A DNA stretch of 64,000 nt, from assembly GCF_947568905.1 (NCBI RefSeq), contig NC_079172.1, positions 55,366,001-55,430,000 on the forward strand, written 5' to 3'. The notes under the pieces are model-generated. The model saw nothing but the letters and a program-made list of their open reading frames with translations, did no database searches and had not been told where the DNA came from. This document shows, piece by piece, positions 63,651-64,000 of this stretch. Position 1 is the first letter of the stretch; each line of letters starts with the position of its first letter. The DNA is from Ostrea edulis. Its lineage: Eukaryota. Both the position numbers and the translations under genes were made by a program.

Positions 63651-64000
63651 AGTACAAGACTTACTGTAAGATATGCAAGTATCTGGTCATACCCCCAGGA
63701 GACCCCAAATGTTCAAGCTATGACAACATCAGCAAAGAGATTATTGCTTTCAGCGGGAAGGAAGACATTATTTTCAACTTCTACCCTTGCAACATCAATA
63801 TCGTTGAAATGCATCATGCTTCAACACAGCACATTTCCTAATACAGTAGAGCTACGAGTCTGGCGACGTCGTCAATGCTTCTGCAGTGCATATAGGTAGC
63901 ACTGTGCTAGATGCCAAACGCATCGGAGTCAAAGTCACCTCTCCTAATGAGTGGTTGCTTCAGCGTGATGATGTCATGAAAGAAGTCTTGGATGCTAAGT
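63651..64000 (+). pseudogene. Unassigned coding-like segment with a frameshift and a stop, running off the window end
   Basis: After a tttatag| candidate acceptor: YKTYCKICKYLVIPPGDPKCSSYDNISKEIIAFSGKEDIIFNFYPCNINIVEMH, then a shifted frame FNTAHFLIQ*SYESGDVVNASAVHIGSTVLDAKRIGVKVTSPNEWLLQRDDVMKEVLDAK. GC is higher than the flanks. Confidence 0.35.

Noticed and set aside
63522-63899. Tracked 125-aa ORF, or a Harbinger transposase on the minus strand
   Set aside because: The tracked frame has no motif and the minus frames have many stops. The more protein-like reading is in the other two plus frames, reported separately.

Overview
AT-rich eukaryotic DNA, most likely an oyster-like bivalve. This is inferred from the repeat families (Cg170-like Helentron/HINE cores, CvA/pearl-like elements, a tRNA-SINE with a (CAAT)n tail); it was not tested by any search. 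There are two host genes: the last six coding exons of PINCH/LIMS (+, 1586-12516) and an intronless Spot14-family gene, MID1IP1-like (+, 32412-32915). The rest is repeats: three multi-kb minisatellite arrays (17.8-20.5, 25.0-30.5, 44.6-52.2 kb), many Helentron/HINE copies, MITEs with visible TIRs and TSDs, SINEs, and decayed Penelope-like, Gypsy, BEL/Pao and RTE fragments. All ORFs over 300 aa in the track are artefacts of stop-free repeat units. There is no CRISPR array, no prokaryotic gene and no convincing true tRNA. The most notable non-obvious signals are two minimal hammerhead-ribozyme folds (one in a 164-bp insertion with a 14-bp TSD), a young 1153-bp element with 290-bp TIRs, a strictly 21-bp-phased palindromic array, and higher-order structure in the satellites. 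I did not find a demonstrably new biological system. All coordinates and alignments were read by eye.
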